Assembly (NCBI GenBank): GCA_963718895.1
Contig: CAVRAG010000007.1
Span: 256,001-320,000, forward strand
From: an uncultured Nitrososphaerota archaeon
Lineage (GTDB): Archaea > Thermoproteota > Nitrososphaeria > Nitrososphaerales > Gagatemarchaeaceae
Direction: 5' to 3'
DNA length: 64,000 bases
Every line of letters begins with the position of its first letter. Position 1 is the stretch's first letter. Under the pieces are notes generated by a model. It was not told the origin of the DNA. It saw nothing but the letters and a program-made list of their open reading frames with translations, and searched no databases. Position numbers and translations under genes: made by a program. Shown piece after piece: positions 29,078 through 38,981 of this stretch.

Positions 29078-30056
29078 TTGAACGGGAGGCGGAGCCCCGC
29101 CGTCAACAGCGCCCCGGCGGCGGGCGAGGAGACCTCCGGCGAAACCCTATTCTCGTCGAAGGGGCAGGGACAAGCCTTGGAAACAGCTCCCGCCGGGGGT
29201 TCGCTCTTCGTCGTAGGAAGGCTGGACGCAATCGCTCCGAGGGAGCAGAGGCGCGGGCACCGGGTCAGGGCGCGCAGGGGCGAGCTGCTGCTCGACTCCA
29301 CCTTCACCGACAGTTCGGGAAGGTTCCTAGTCGAGTGGAGAGACGACGGGCGCGGGGGAAGGACGGTCATAGAGCTGCTGGACTCAGCAGGGGAGGTCTC
29401 CGAGTCCGCGGAGCTGGCTCGCGACGGAACTCGACTCGCCGCCTGTCCTGGTCTTCTCAGGAAGGCGCGTCCTAGGCGCCCGCGTCCCAGTCGCCGACGC
29501 TCCCGCGGACCGCTTCGAGGCTGAGGGCGACGCCCCGATCTGCGTGGCCTCCGCGTGTCAGGAGGTCACACTCTCCTGGATCTCACCGCCGGGGACCCGG
29601 GTCGCGCTAATCTCGGGAGGGAAGGCGCTGCGTGACGGACTCGCTTCTCGTGGGTCGGTGAAGGTCGTGGCCACCCGGAGCACCAGGTACCTGAAGCGGG
29701 CCTGGCCGAGCGGGTCGGAGCCAGGGAGGCGCCTCGACCTGTCTGTGGAGGTCAGAAGGTATCCCTCGCTCTCACTCGTCATGGACGGGAACACCTTCAG
29801 GACAGCGAGCTCCGCCGAAATCGGGGCTTCGATCAGCTGCCCCGCCGGAGACGAGGGGCTCTCGGTGGAGGTCGCGAGCTCCGACCTCGGGATGGTCCCC
29901 CGCTTTGAAATCCGGATACCGCCGGGCTCCGTGTGGGGGAGCACGAGGGTCAGCCTGGGGAGAAACGATGGAACGGTCAAGGTCACCGGATCGGCGCCGG
30001 GATACGCAAGGGACGAGGTCACCTTCAACCTGCTCCCGACGGGACCTTCCTCCTGA
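29078..30056 (+). CDS. Hypothetical beta-rich protein (frameshifted near 29420-29540)
   Basis: ORF pieces 29078-29524 and 29544-30056; TDSSGRF and APGY Ig/carboxypeptidase-like motifs. Confidence 0.5.
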
Positions 30057-30144
30057 TCTACCGGACTCGGGCCAGGCAGAGGCGGACTCGTCACGCCGTC
30101 ACATTGATATCCCTGAGTCAACCCCGTGGACGTTCAGGACGAGG

Positions 30145-30219
30145 TGCCCCGGGTGGGATTTGAACCCACGTCGCTACCTCGAGAGGGTAACATGCTTGAC
30201 CGGGCTACACTACCGGGGC
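30145..30219 (-). tRNA. tRNA-Glu (CTC)
   Basis: GCCCCGG/CCGGGGC acceptor, TTACC-CTCTCGA-GGTAG, GTGGG-TTCAAAT-CCCAC. Confidence 0.96.
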
Positions 30220-30556
30220 CAGATGAGCGATGCCCCTTTACAGGTGAGGATTAAAACTTGTCACGCGGCGTCCAACATCCCCTTGGTCGAAGGGCAGACT
30301 CAGAAGGCAGGCCGGCGGTCGTCGACCATCTCGCCCGAGATCGAGGGCACCCATTGGCATTCGATTCGTAGGCCTCGGGGCAAGTGGCAAACGCACCCGG
30401 GGGGCTGACAAACGATCCTGCGCTGGCTCACACGGAGGAACAAACGACGCGGGTGGGAGCGTGGCCGCGACGGCGGAAGGCGTTCTACCCCCGGATATCA
30501 ATCGGGCGCGGCGAAAGACGGGGCAGAACAGCCCCCAAGAACGTAAAGAGCCCAGC

Positions 30557-30778
30557 CTAAGGCTTCAGAATGGCCTTCGCGGCGAGTTTCACGTCCGAGG
30601 GCTTCACGGTCTTCCTGCCTGCGTGCTTTGCCAGCTCTATCGCCTGCTTTGCAATCTGTGTCCCGACGTCCTCGAGAACCACGCGAAGCTCCACCGCCGC
30701 ATCATCCCCGACTCTGTCGGCGCCCGCCTTCTTTATCAGGCGGTAGACCGCAGCTAAACCAAACTCTGACTCAGACAT
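30557..30778 (-). CDS. Archaeal histone (HMf family), 73 aa
   Basis: [14 protein letters not shown]...[15 protein letters not shown]. Confidence 0.95.
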   Translation of the reverse strand: MSESEFGLAAVYRLIKKAGADRVGDDAAVELRVVLEDVGTQIAKQAIELAKHAGRKTVKPSDVKLAAKAILKP

Positions 30779-30805
30779 ATGCTGTATTGACCTGCAGAGC
30801 GAATT

Positions 30806-30832
30806 ATTAAACGTTTGGTGTAAAAACGTTTG
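30806..30832. promoter_or_regulatory. Histone promoter with two AAACGTTT palindromes
   Basis: AAACGTTT at 30809-30816 and 30824-30831; the first overlaps the minus-strand TTTAAT box. Confidence 0.45.
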
Positions 30833-30967
30833 CATCTCGGCTCCATTGCCGTGCGCCTGCATGATTCTCACCTCTTACAGCCAGAGGGGCAGAATATTGA
30901 GGAATAGCACTTCGGGAGAGTCGAAACACACCCGTAGGAATATATCGTCCGAGAGCAAAGGCGACTC

Positions 30968-31708
30968 ATGACGCTGGTCGACGCCCACGTACACCTCCCC
31001 GCATACGGGGCAGACAGAGGGCCGCTGAAAATCGCCCTGGAACGGTCGATGTGTCTCATCTCCTGTACCGTGAATCCATCCGAGGCGCGGGTTGGGGCGC
31101 GATTGAGGTCCGAGGCGCCCCACAACGTCAGGTCGTTCGTCGGGGTGCATCCCTCGGACGTCACTGGCGACCTGCCCAGTGTGGCGCTCGCCCCGTTCCT
31201 GGAGGGGTGCGACGGGATAGGTGAGATCGGCCTTGACGAGAAGTACTCGCCGACGTCCGAGGGGAGCGCCCAGATGAATTCGTTCCTGGACCAGCTTGGG
31301 GTGGCCGAGAGACTCGGCAAGCCGGTCCAGGTGCACAGCAGAGGCTCGGAGCAGAAGTGTCTCGAGATACTCGGCACGTTCAACCTCAGGCGGGTGGTGA
31401 TGCACTGGTTCGAGAGCGAGCCACTTGTCCCGGAGGTGATCGAGCGCGGATACTTCGTCTCGGTCGGACCTGCGGTACTGTACTCGAAGAAGATACGGAG
31501 AATCGCTCAGGGCATCCCCTTCGGTAGCATTCTGACCGAGAGCGATGGTCCCGTCGCCTTTGGGCCTCTGGGCGGGGCGAACGGGCCCGACCTCATTCCC
31601 AGTGTCCTCTTCTGTCTCGCGGGGCTCAGGAGGGAGAGCTACGGGGACTTGGAGAAGCAAGTCGAGGAGAACACCAAGAGGCTTCTCGGCGAGGAAAGGT
31701 TAATCTAA
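30968..31708 (+). CDS. tatD: TatD family hydrolase
   Basis: DAHVH, GVHP, IGEIGLD, VHSR, MHWF, LTESDGP. Confidence 0.92.
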   Translation: MTLVDAHVHLPAYGADRGPLKIALERSMCLISCTVNPSEARVGARLRSEAPHNVRSFVGVHPSDVTGDLPSVALAPFLEGCDGIGEIGLDEKYSPTSEGSAQMNSFLDQLGVAERLGKPVQVHSRGSEQKCLEILGTFNLRRVVMHWFESEPLVPEVIERGYFVSVGPAVLYSKKIRRIAQGIPFGSILTESDGPVAFGPLGGANGPDLIPSVLFCLAGLRRESYGDLEKQVEENTKRLLGEERLI

Positions 31709-31735
31709 CCTCCTGCCGGGGCGCGCCTGCTAATA

Positions 31736-31948
31736 TTGGACAGAGTTCGCAGGATATCAGAGGAGATGGTTCAGAAGTTTCCGGAGGCTTTCGGAACCGA
31801 TTATCAGGCGAACAAGGATAAGCTCAACACGCTCGCCGTCGTGCACTCCAAGATGCTGCGGAACAAGATAGCGGGCTACATCACCAAGATGAACGGGAAG
31901 GCCGCTAGAGAGGAAGAAGAGGAAGCGGTCGAGCAGCCGGCCGAGTAA
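31736..31948 (+). CDS. rps17e: 30S ribosomal protein S17e
   Basis: F..DY..NK...SK.LRNKIAGYIT. Confidence 0.95.
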   Translation: MDRVRRISEEMVQKFPEAFGTDYQANKDKLNTLAVVHSKMLRNKIAGYITKMNGKAAREEEEEAVEQPAE

Positions 31949-31951
31949 GAT

Positions 31952-32758
31952 GTGGCAACCGCACGCGATGAGATCAATCTCAGGCTGAGACCGCTCTCCC
32001 AGCTAAGGCAGCACGAGGAGACCGTGCAGAGACTCTCAGAGGCCCTTCTCAGAAGGCTCGTCAGAGACGGAGTGCAGAGGGACCCCGTCGTCGTGGACGA
32101 GGCCACTGGAACAATCCTCGACGGGGCACACCGGGTGGATGCGCTGGGGAGGGCGGGGGCCAGATTCGCGCTCACGTACCTCGTGGACTACGGCGACCCG
32201 CGGGTGCTACTGTACAGATGGTACAGGGTCGTGACCAGACCCAGTCCGGAGGAGGCGAGGGAGATAATCGACGAGCTGAACCTGGAGAGGCTGGGGCACA
32301 TCGGGGCGCGGGACCTTTCGCCGAGGCCGAGGAGCAGCCTCCTGGTGGCGCACCACGGCGATGCCTTCGGGAGGAAGACCTCCGACCTCGACGCCGATGC
32401 GAGGACGATGAGAGAGTTCGACCGGGCCGCGGGCGAGAGGCGGCTGAGGGTCGGCTTCATAGACGAGGCATCGGGCACGCCCAGGCTCCTGCGGGGTGAC
32501 GACCTCGTCCTAATCCCACCCGGGCTGGGGAAGGAAGACGTCCTCTGGGCCGGAGCGGAGCGGAGGCTCCTGCCTCCAAAGTCCACACTGCACGTGTTCC
32601 CCCTGAGACCGCTCGGCCTGGACTATCCGCTCGAGGACCTCCGCACCGGGAGAGACGTCCTCGACCAGCTGCTCGAGTCCAGACGATCGAGGGTAATCGA
32701 GCCTCGGTCGACCCACCGGGGTAGAGGATACCGGGAGAGGGTAGTGGTGTACGAGTGA
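31952..32758 (+). CDS. ParB/Srx-fold protein, SerK/SbnI-like serine kinase candidate
   Basis: L..HEE, P.VVD, ILDGAHR, VDY..P.V...RWY, PPKST.H. Confidence 0.7.
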   Translation: MATARDEINLRLRPLSQLRQHEETVQRLSEALLRRLVRDGVQRDPVVVDEATGTILDGAHRVDALGRAGARFALTYLVDYGDPRVLLYRWYRVVTRPSPEEAREIIDELNLERLGHIGARDLSPRPRSSLLVAHHGDAFGRKTSDLDADARTMREFDRAAGERRLRVGFIDEASGTPRLLRGDDLVLIPPGLGKEDVLWAGAERRLLPPKSTLHVFPLRPLGLDYPLEDLRTGRDVLDQLLESRRSRVIEPRSTHRGRGYRERVVVYE

Positions 32759-33018
32759 CGATAAGGGTCACCTGCGTGGGACACATACGAACGAGTCTCG
32801 GAAGGGAGACGGTGGAGGTCCCAGGAGACAGGATAAAGGCCAGCGATCTGGTAGAACGGCTGAGGGAGATGGGCCGCTCTGACCCGAACCTGGGGTTCAA
32901 CAGATACAACACCCTCTTGATCGTCAACGGGAGCGTCGCCTTCACCGCCGCGGCCAGCGACAGGATCCTGGAGGACGGGGACGAGGTGCTGCTCCTCCCC
33001 TTCTCGCACGGAGGTTGA
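32755..33018 (+). CDS. MoaD/ThiS/SAMP ubiquitin-like sulfur carrier
   Basis: beta-grasp pattern, LEDGDEV.LLP..HGG C-terminus. Confidence 0.9.
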   Translation: MTIRVTCVGHIRTSLGRETVEVPGDRIKASDLVERLREMGRSDPNLGFNRYNTLLIVNGSVAFTAAASDRILEDGDEVLLLPFSHGG

Positions 33019-33022
33019 GCGC

Positions 33023-33463
33023 ATGGAAAGCGTTGTCGCAGCGAGGGCCAAGCTCTCTGCTGGGCTAGCCGACAGCGAGCTCCTGGCTATGAGGAGGCGC
33101 CACCCCACCCTGATAGTGCAACTGGTCACCCTGAAGGAAATCCCCGGAAGTCAGACGATCAACATGATAGGGCAGCAGACGCTCAGGGCCATGAAGACCG
33201 GCGCCCTCCTCGCGGCCAAGCCCGAGGTCGACCTCCTCCTCAGGCTCGCCGGGACGACCCAGATAGCGCTCGCGATCGAAGAGGCCGGGTACAGGGCGAG
33301 GGGTGCGATGCTCCTGGTCGCGGCCGGGTCCGCCCGCGGGGTGTCGGGTCTCCGGAAGGAGCTCGTCGGGAATCCGACCTACGAGATCGTGGAGAGGGGA
33401 GGGATGGACGAGAAAGGCCTGGCGATGGTCGAGAGGGCGGCCCTGCTGGGCACCAGGTCCTAG
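33023..33463 (+). CDS. cgi121: KEOPS subunit Cgi121
   Basis: A.KPEVDLLLRLAGTTQI..AI..AG; ERAALL C-terminus. Confidence 0.8.
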   Translation: MESVVAARAKLSAGLADSELLAMRRRHPTLIVQLVTLKEIPGSQTINMIGQQTLRAMKTGALLAAKPEVDLLLRLAGTTQIALAIEEAGYRARGAMLLVAAGSARGVSGLRKELVGNPTYEIVERGGMDEKGLAMVERAALLGTRS

Positions 33464-33973
33464 GACGACCGCTTCAGTCTTGTGATGCTGATGATCTCGT
33501 CTGGACGGGCAACGGCGAGCGCCGTGTACTCTCCGAGGACCTCTATCTGTATCACCATGTCGGGGGACTCGAGGTTGACCTTCCTGTCGACGACGTCCGC
33601 GATCGCATCGATAAGACTCCTTCCTCGAATAGGGCGAGTCGCGGTCGTCAATGTCTATCTTGAACGACTCGGTCGAGGCTATCTGAGACCCGAGCTGTTT
33701 GGCGCCCTCCTTGATCTGTTCCAGGTCGGTATCGACCACCATGTCGACCGGAATGACCCTCTGGACGAAGTGGACCCTGAACGGCTCCGACCTGACGTAC
33801 TCCCGCAGGAACGCCACGAAGCCCCGCGGGTCCTCCAGGTCCACCTCGAGCACTCCGTCGAAATCGGACTTTTCGATGTGAAGCTTCCTCAGGCCGTGCT
33901 GGAGCGCAATCTCCTTGAACTCCGCAGAGGCCTTCGCCTCGTTCCCCTTCTGTGAAGTCAGAATCAGGTTCAT
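33460..33973 (-). CDS. THUMP domain RNA-binding protein (frameshift near 33620)
   Basis: RVIPVD, SFKI.I..RDS, KVNLESPD.VI.IEVLG. Confidence 0.85.
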
Positions 33974-34590
33974 CTATCCAGTCTCTCCCGCTTAATCCCC
34001 GGCTCAAAGGCGACTGCACCCCTCCTTAAAACCTCGACAGCCTCCCCCTCGACCCTTACCACCGTCGACTCGGTGCCTCCTCTTGCGCCGTCGTCCAGTA
34101 TGGCGTCTATCCGGTCTCCCAGGGACATGAAGACATCCCCTGCGCTCCTCGATGACGGCTCCCCGGACAGGTTCGCGCTCGTCCCCGTGATGGTCCCGCC
34201 GCAACCCTTCGCCAGCGCAAGCGCCGTCTTGTCGTCTGGGACCCGGACGCCCAGCCACCCGGTCCTCTGGTCCAGCAGGAAGGGGACCGCAACCCTGAGC
34301 GGCGCGACTATGGTCAGAGCTCCCGGCCAGTAGCGGCGTGCCAGCTCCAGAGCCTTCTGCCCAAGGTCGACCAGTCTGGCCGCGTCTCCCTCGCTGGCGC
34401 AGAGCACCGGGATTGGCTTGGACTCCCTCCCCTTGGCCGCGACCAGCCTCCCGACGGCCTCTTGGTCGAACGGGTCGCACCCCAGCCCGTAGACCGTGTC
34501 TGTCGGGTAGGCCACCACTCCACCGCGCCCGACGATCGCTGAGACAACCGCGATCGAGCGGGAATCCGCGGGTAGGATGAGGGCCTTCAA
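33970..34590 (-). CDS. sua5: L-threonylcarbamoyladenylate synthase (Sua5/YrdC)
   Basis: YPTDTVYGL, KGR..KP, WPGALT, GVRVP, TSANLSG, STVV. Confidence 0.93.
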   Translation of the reverse strand: MKALILPADSRSIAVVSAIVGRGGVVAYPTDTVYGLGCDPFDQEAVGRLVAAKGRESKPIPVLCASEGDAARLVDLGQKALELARRYWPGALTIVAPLRVAVPFLLDQRTGWLGVRVPDDKTALALAKGCGGTITGTSANLSGEPSSRSAGDVFMSLGDRIDAILDDGARGGTESTVVRVEGEAVEVLRRGAVAFEPGIKRERLDR

Positions 34591-34651
34591 ACCGGCCCCG
34601 GCGTCCGGGCAAGACTTAATAGCTTAACTAAAACCGGCACGGCCGGTTCGC

Positions 34652-34744
34652 ATGTCAGTGGAAGACGACGAATCCGACGAAGACTTCGATGAAGACCTCG
34701 ACGATGACGGGTGGGAAGAGGACTCGGACGAAGACGAACTCTGA
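34652..34744 (+). CDS. 30-aa hyperacidic microprotein
   Basis: MSVEDDESDEDFDEDLDDDGWEEDSDEDEL; ATG 23 nt after CTTAAC box. Confidence 0.65.
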   Translation: MSVEDDESDEDFDEDLDDDGWEEDSDEDEL

Positions 34745-34811
34745 GACGACCTGGCCTCTCGAAGCCCTGCAGTTTTAAGGCCGTGAAAGCCGGTACCGGA
34801 CCAGAGCGCGC

Positions 34812-35486
34812 TTGTTGAAACGCCGGATCCTCCTCATCAATTTCAAGAACTATAGCGAGATTCTCGGCGAGGGAGCGATGCGAATGGCCAGCGCCGCCGA
34901 GCAGGCCTGTGACGGGCTCGAGGTCGAGCTCATCCTCGCCCCTCCCACGCCGACGCTTGGCGTCGTCGCCGCAGGGACGACGGCGCGGGTATTCGGCCAG
35001 AGCGTGACCAACCAGCAGGAAGGTAAGAGCACCGGTGCGATCATCCCCGAGGCGCTGAAGGCCTCCGGGTGTTCAGGCTCGATCATCAACCACAGCGAGT
35101 CGCGTCTCCCCCTGGAGGTCGTTCGCGCTCTGATTCCCAGGATGAAGAGACTGGGACTGTCATCGTGTGTCTGCGGGGAGGACGCCGGCGAGGTCGCGAG
35201 GATGTCTGCTTTCGCCCCTGAGTACCTTGCTGTCGAGCCCCCGGAGCTGATAGGGAGCGGCATAGCCGTCTCCCAGGCCCGGCCGGAACTGCTGCGTGAT
35301 ACCGTCGCAACCGCTCGGGGCGCGGGCTACTCGGGTGGGCTCCTCTGCGGAGCCGGAATCGTCTCGAGCGAAGATGCACGCACGGCCATCAGGCTGGGGA
35401 TGGACGGAATCCTGGTCGCCAGCAGCGTCGTGAAGTCAAAGGACTGGCGGGCCAAGGTCAGGGAGCTCGCCGCCGCCCTCTCTTGA
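34812..35486 (+). CDS. tpiA: Triosephosphate isomerase, archaeal type
   Basis: INFKNY, INHSE, AVEPPELIG, CGAGI, GILVAS. Confidence 0.95.
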   Translation: MLKRRILLINFKNYSEILGEGAMRMASAAEQACDGLEVELILAPPTPTLGVVAAGTTARVFGQSVTNQQEGKSTGAIIPEALKASGCSGSIINHSESRLPLEVVRALIPRMKRLGLSSCVCGEDAGEVARMSAFAPEYLAVEPPELIGSGIAVSQARPELLRDTVATARGAGYSGGLLCGAGIVSSEDARTAIRLGMDGILVASSVVKSKDWRAKVRELAAALS

Positions 35487-35559
35487 CCCCCTTCTGCAAT
35501 CGCGGAACAACCGAGGCACGTTAGAAAGCCGTAAATAAAGTGCCAAAACCGGCCGGGTC

Positions 35560-36813
35560 ATGAGTAAGACCAACCAGAGTCCCTTTGAGAACGTCCTAGA
35601 GCAGCTCGACATCGCGGGAGAGTACCTGAAGCTCGAACCGGGCGTCAGAGACCTGCTCCGACAGCCTAAGCGGATAGTCACGGTCTCGCTTCCCGTGAAG
35701 ATGGATGACGGGAGCACCAACGTCTTCACGGGTCACAGGGTCCAGTACAACGACGCCAGGGGCCCGTTCAAGGGCGGAATCAGGTATCATCCTGGGGTCA
35801 CGCTCGACGAGGTGAAGGCGCTCTCGGCCTGGATGACCTGGAAGTGCAGCGTCGCTGACATACCATTCGGGGGCGCCAAGGGAGGGGTCGTCTGCGACCC
35901 GAAGAAGATGTCCCAGGGGGAGCTCGAGAGGCTAACGCGCAGGTACGCCGCCGCCATCTCCAACATCATCGGCCCTGACCAGGACATCCCGGCACCTGAC
36001 GTCTACACGAACTCGCAGGTCATGGCGTGGATACTCGACACCTACAGCCTCATCAAGGGGCATGCGGTACCGGGTGTCGTCACTGGGAAGCCTATCTCGC
36101 TGGGCGGCTCTCTGGGAAGGGACACCGCGACGGGCAGGGGTGCGGCCTTCTGCACGAGGGAGGCCGCCAAGGTCCTGAAGGTTCCTCTAAAGGGGGCGAC
36201 GGTCTCTGTGCAAGGCTACGGAAACGCAGGCTCGAACTACGCGGTCATACTCGAGGAGATGGGCGCGAAGCTGGTCGCGGCCAGCGACTCGCAGGGCGGG
36301 ATCTACAACAAGAAGGGGCTCGACGCAAAGAAGGTCCTGGCCTACAAGGAGAAGGGAGGCTCCGTCGTGGGGTATCCCGGCGCAGAACCGATCTCCAACG
36401 AGGAGCTGCTCCAGAGCGAGTGCGACGTCCTCTGCCCCGCGGCCCTCGAGAACTCGATAACCAAGGAGATAGCCAGGGGAGTGAAGGCGAAGATAATCGC
36501 CGAGTGCGCCAACGGGCCGACGACCCCCGAGGCCGACAGGGTCCTCGACCAGCAGGGTGTCTACCTCGTCCCGGACATCCTTGCGAACTCCGGAGGGGTG
36601 ATAGTGAGCTATCTTGAGTGGGTCCAGAACCTCGAGAGGCTCTACTGGACCGAGGACGAGGTGAACTCGCGGCTCGAGCACAAGATCACGGGCGCCTTCA
36701 GGGCGGTCCACCAGGAGGCCAAGAAGCACGGTGTCTCGATGCGGACCGGGGCCCTCATCGTCGGCGTGGGGAGGGTCGCAGAGGCGGTCAGGACCCTCGG
36801 GGTCTGGCCCTAG
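35560..36813 (+). CDS. gdhA: Glutamate dehydrogenase
   Basis: GPFKGGIRYHP, GGAKGG, DIPAPDV, QGYGNAG, ANGPTT, ANSGGV. Confidence 0.96.
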   Translation: MSKTNQSPFENVLEQLDIAGEYLKLEPGVRDLLRQPKRIVTVSLPVKMDDGSTNVFTGHRVQYNDARGPFKGGIRYHPGVTLDEVKALSAWMTWKCSVADIPFGGAKGGVVCDPKKMSQGELERLTRRYAAAISNIIGPDQDIPAPDVYTNSQVMAWILDTYSLIKGHAVPGVVTGKPISLGGSLGRDTATGRGAAFCTREAAKVLKVPLKGATVSVQGYGNAGSNYAVILEEMGAKLVAASDSQGGIYNKKGLDAKKVLAYKEKGGSVVGYPGAEPISNEELLQSECDVLCPAALENSITKEIARGVKAKIIAECANGPTTPEADRVLDQQGVYLVPDILANSGGVIVSYLEWVQNLERLYWTEDEVNSRLEHKITGAFRAVHQEAKKHGVSMRTGALIVGVGRVAEAVRTLGVWP

Positions 36814-37707
36814 GGTCGGCAATCAGCGACTCGACCTCCCGCACGAGGCCTGCAGACCCCAGGTACAGGGGCGTCGTCTCGGCAAGGGCAGAGGGCGCGA
36901 CCGCGAGTATGTCGCGCGCGCCGTCCGAGGCGTACCCGCCCGCGTGCTTGGTGACGAAGGCCATGGGCGCAGCCTCGTAGAGCAACCGCAGCTTCCCGTG
37001 GGGCTTGTTCTTCAGAGCCGGGTATCCGAATATGCCGCCCCGGCGGAGGACCTGGTTGAAGTCTCCGACGAACGTGCCCCCGTACCTCAGCTTCAGGCCG
37101 CGGGCCTCGAGCGAGGAGACGAACCTCTCGACCGGGTCGATCCAGTCCACCCTCTGGCCGCCCAGGCCATACACCTCGGGCTCTTCGGGGATGGTGGCGT
37201 TCTCCTCCATGAGGATGAACGGGTTGCCCTCGCGCCCCTCCACCGCGACGAACGTGTGGACCCCGGACCCGGTGGTGTAGGTGAACGTCAGCATCGGTCC
37301 GTAGGTGACGAACGCGGACCCGACGAGGCGCTCTCCCGAGCACGGGAGGGCGGAGGAGTAGAATCCGAAGATGCTCCCGAGGGGGTTGTTCGTCGCGATG
37401 TTCGAGGACCCGTCCAGCGGGTCCATGGCGACGTGGATGCCCCCTCTGCCCCTTCCGGGGCTCCGCCATCTCCTCAGAGGCGACCTCGCCCACGAGCCCC
37501 GTCGCCAGGAGCGAAGAAGCGAAGACTTCGTTGGCGTAGACGTCGATCTCGGTCTGCCTCTCGCCCGACGGGTTCACTCCCCTCGTGAGCTTCGTGGTGA
37601 ACGGGAGCGACCGCCTCACCTGCATGCTCGCGCTCGCTATGCTTCAGAAGGAGGCGCGAGAGGTCGGGGGGCGCCCTTTCGCTGAGAAATGTATCCAGGT
37701 CCGTCAA
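36788..37707 (-). CDS. fbp: Class I fructose-1,6-bisphosphatase (two frameshifts)
   Basis: NPSGE.Q..ID, ASEE, DPLDGSSN, RYGG..VGD, GKLRLLYEAAP. Confidence 0.9.
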
Positions 37708-37765
37708 ATTGTCGCTGCACCCTTAAATACGCCTCGCGGGGGATAAAGCTATTGCGTGATGCAGC

Positions 37766-38554
37766 ATGACGGGCAAGAATGACCTCATGGACATCTTCCT
37801 AAGGGAGGGGAAGAGCCTTATCATCGCCTACGACCAGGGCCTTGAACACGGACCCTCGGCCGACTTCGACAACCGGAACGTCGACCCATCCTTCATAGTC
37901 GAGATAGCCTCCAAGGGAGGATTCAACGGGATAGCCCTGCAGAAGGGGCTGGCCGAGAAGTACTACGACGGAAAGGTCCCGCTGATAGTGAAGGTGAACG
38001 GCAAGTCCGGCCTCTCCAAGGGGGAGCCGAACGCGAAGCAGAACTGCTCCGTCGAGTACGCCGTCTCCCTCGGCGCCAAGGCGATAGGCTACACCATCTA
38101 CCTAGGCAGCGCCTTCGAGGCCGACATGTTCAAGGAGTTCGGACGGATTCAGGAGGAGGCCCACGAGAAGGGGCTCGCGGCCATCGCTTGGGTCTATCCC
38201 AGGGGTGCGGCCGTGCAGAACGACACGTCGAAGGAGGTCGTCTCCTACGCGGCGAGGACGGCGCTCGAGCTCGGGGCCGACGCTGCGAAGATAAAGTACA
38301 CGGGGGACAGCCAGTCCTTCGCCTGGGCGGTGCGGTCTGCGGGTAAGGTCAAGGTCTTCATGTCCGGAGGGCCCAAGGCCCCAAGCGACGAAGCCTTCCT
38401 TGCGCAGGTGAGGGGAGCCGTCGACGCCGGGGCGACCGGGATAGCAGTGGGCAGGAACGTCTGGCAGCACCAGGAGCCACTCAAGATGGCGGAGATGCTG
38501 AAGAAGGTCGTCTTCGAGAACCTCCAGATAGCGTCGGCCAAGTCGCAGAGCTAG
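37766..38554 (+). CDS. fba: Archaeal class I (DhnA-type) fructose-bisphosphate aldolase
   Basis: AYDQGLEHGP, WVYPRG, ELGAD..KIKY, SGGPK, GRNVWQ. Confidence 0.92.
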   Translation: MTGKNDLMDIFLREGKSLIIAYDQGLEHGPSADFDNRNVDPSFIVEIASKGGFNGIALQKGLAEKYYDGKVPLIVKVNGKSGLSKGEPNAKQNCSVEYAVSLGAKAIGYTIYLGSAFEADMFKEFGRIQEEAHEKGLAAIAWVYPRGAAVQNDTSKEVVSYAARTALELGADAAKIKYTGDSQSFAWAVRSAGKVKVFMSGGPKAPSDEAFLAQVRGAVDAGATGIAVGRNVWQHQEPLKMAEMLKKVVFENLQIASAKSQS

Positions 38555-38567
38555 AGAGACAGCACAG

Positions 38568-38936
38568 ATGAAGATATTCATCATAGACATCGACGGGACG
38601 ATCTGCGAGAACATCCCCAACGAGCTCGGCGCCGAGCGGATGAGGCACGCCAAGCCGTTCAACGACTCGATAAAGGCGATAAACAGCCTCTACGACGCGG
38701 GCAACTACATCTGCTTCTTCACCGCCAGGACCGACGAGCACGACGAGGCGACCAGGGACTGGCTCAAGAAGCACGGGGTGAGGTACCACCAGCTCATCCT
38801 GAACAAGCCCCGCAAGCTCCCTCCGTACGTCGAGTATCACTTCATCGACGACGCGCACGTCAAGGCCACAACGTTCAAGGGCAAGTTCTCGAACTTCGTC
38901 AAGAAGAACGTCGACATCGAGGTCTTCGAGGAGTAG
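38568..38936 (+). CDS. Small HAD-superfamily phosphatase
   Basis: DIDGT, FTAR, WL, KP, FIDD. Confidence 0.85.
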   Translation: MKIFIIDIDGTICENIPNELGAERMRHAKPFNDSIKAINSLYDAGNYICFFTARTDEHDEATRDWLKKHGVRYHQLILNKPRKLPPYVEYHFIDDAHVKATTFKGKFSNFVKKNVDIEVFEE

Positions 38937-38981
38937 GGCTGCGGGATAGGTTAAATAGAGAAATCGGATAAGCGATAGGGT

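Noticed and set aside
30283-30408. 41-aa TTG ORF divergent from tRNA-Glu
   Set aside because: The TATA element is explained by the tRNA promoter, and the peptide has no motif.
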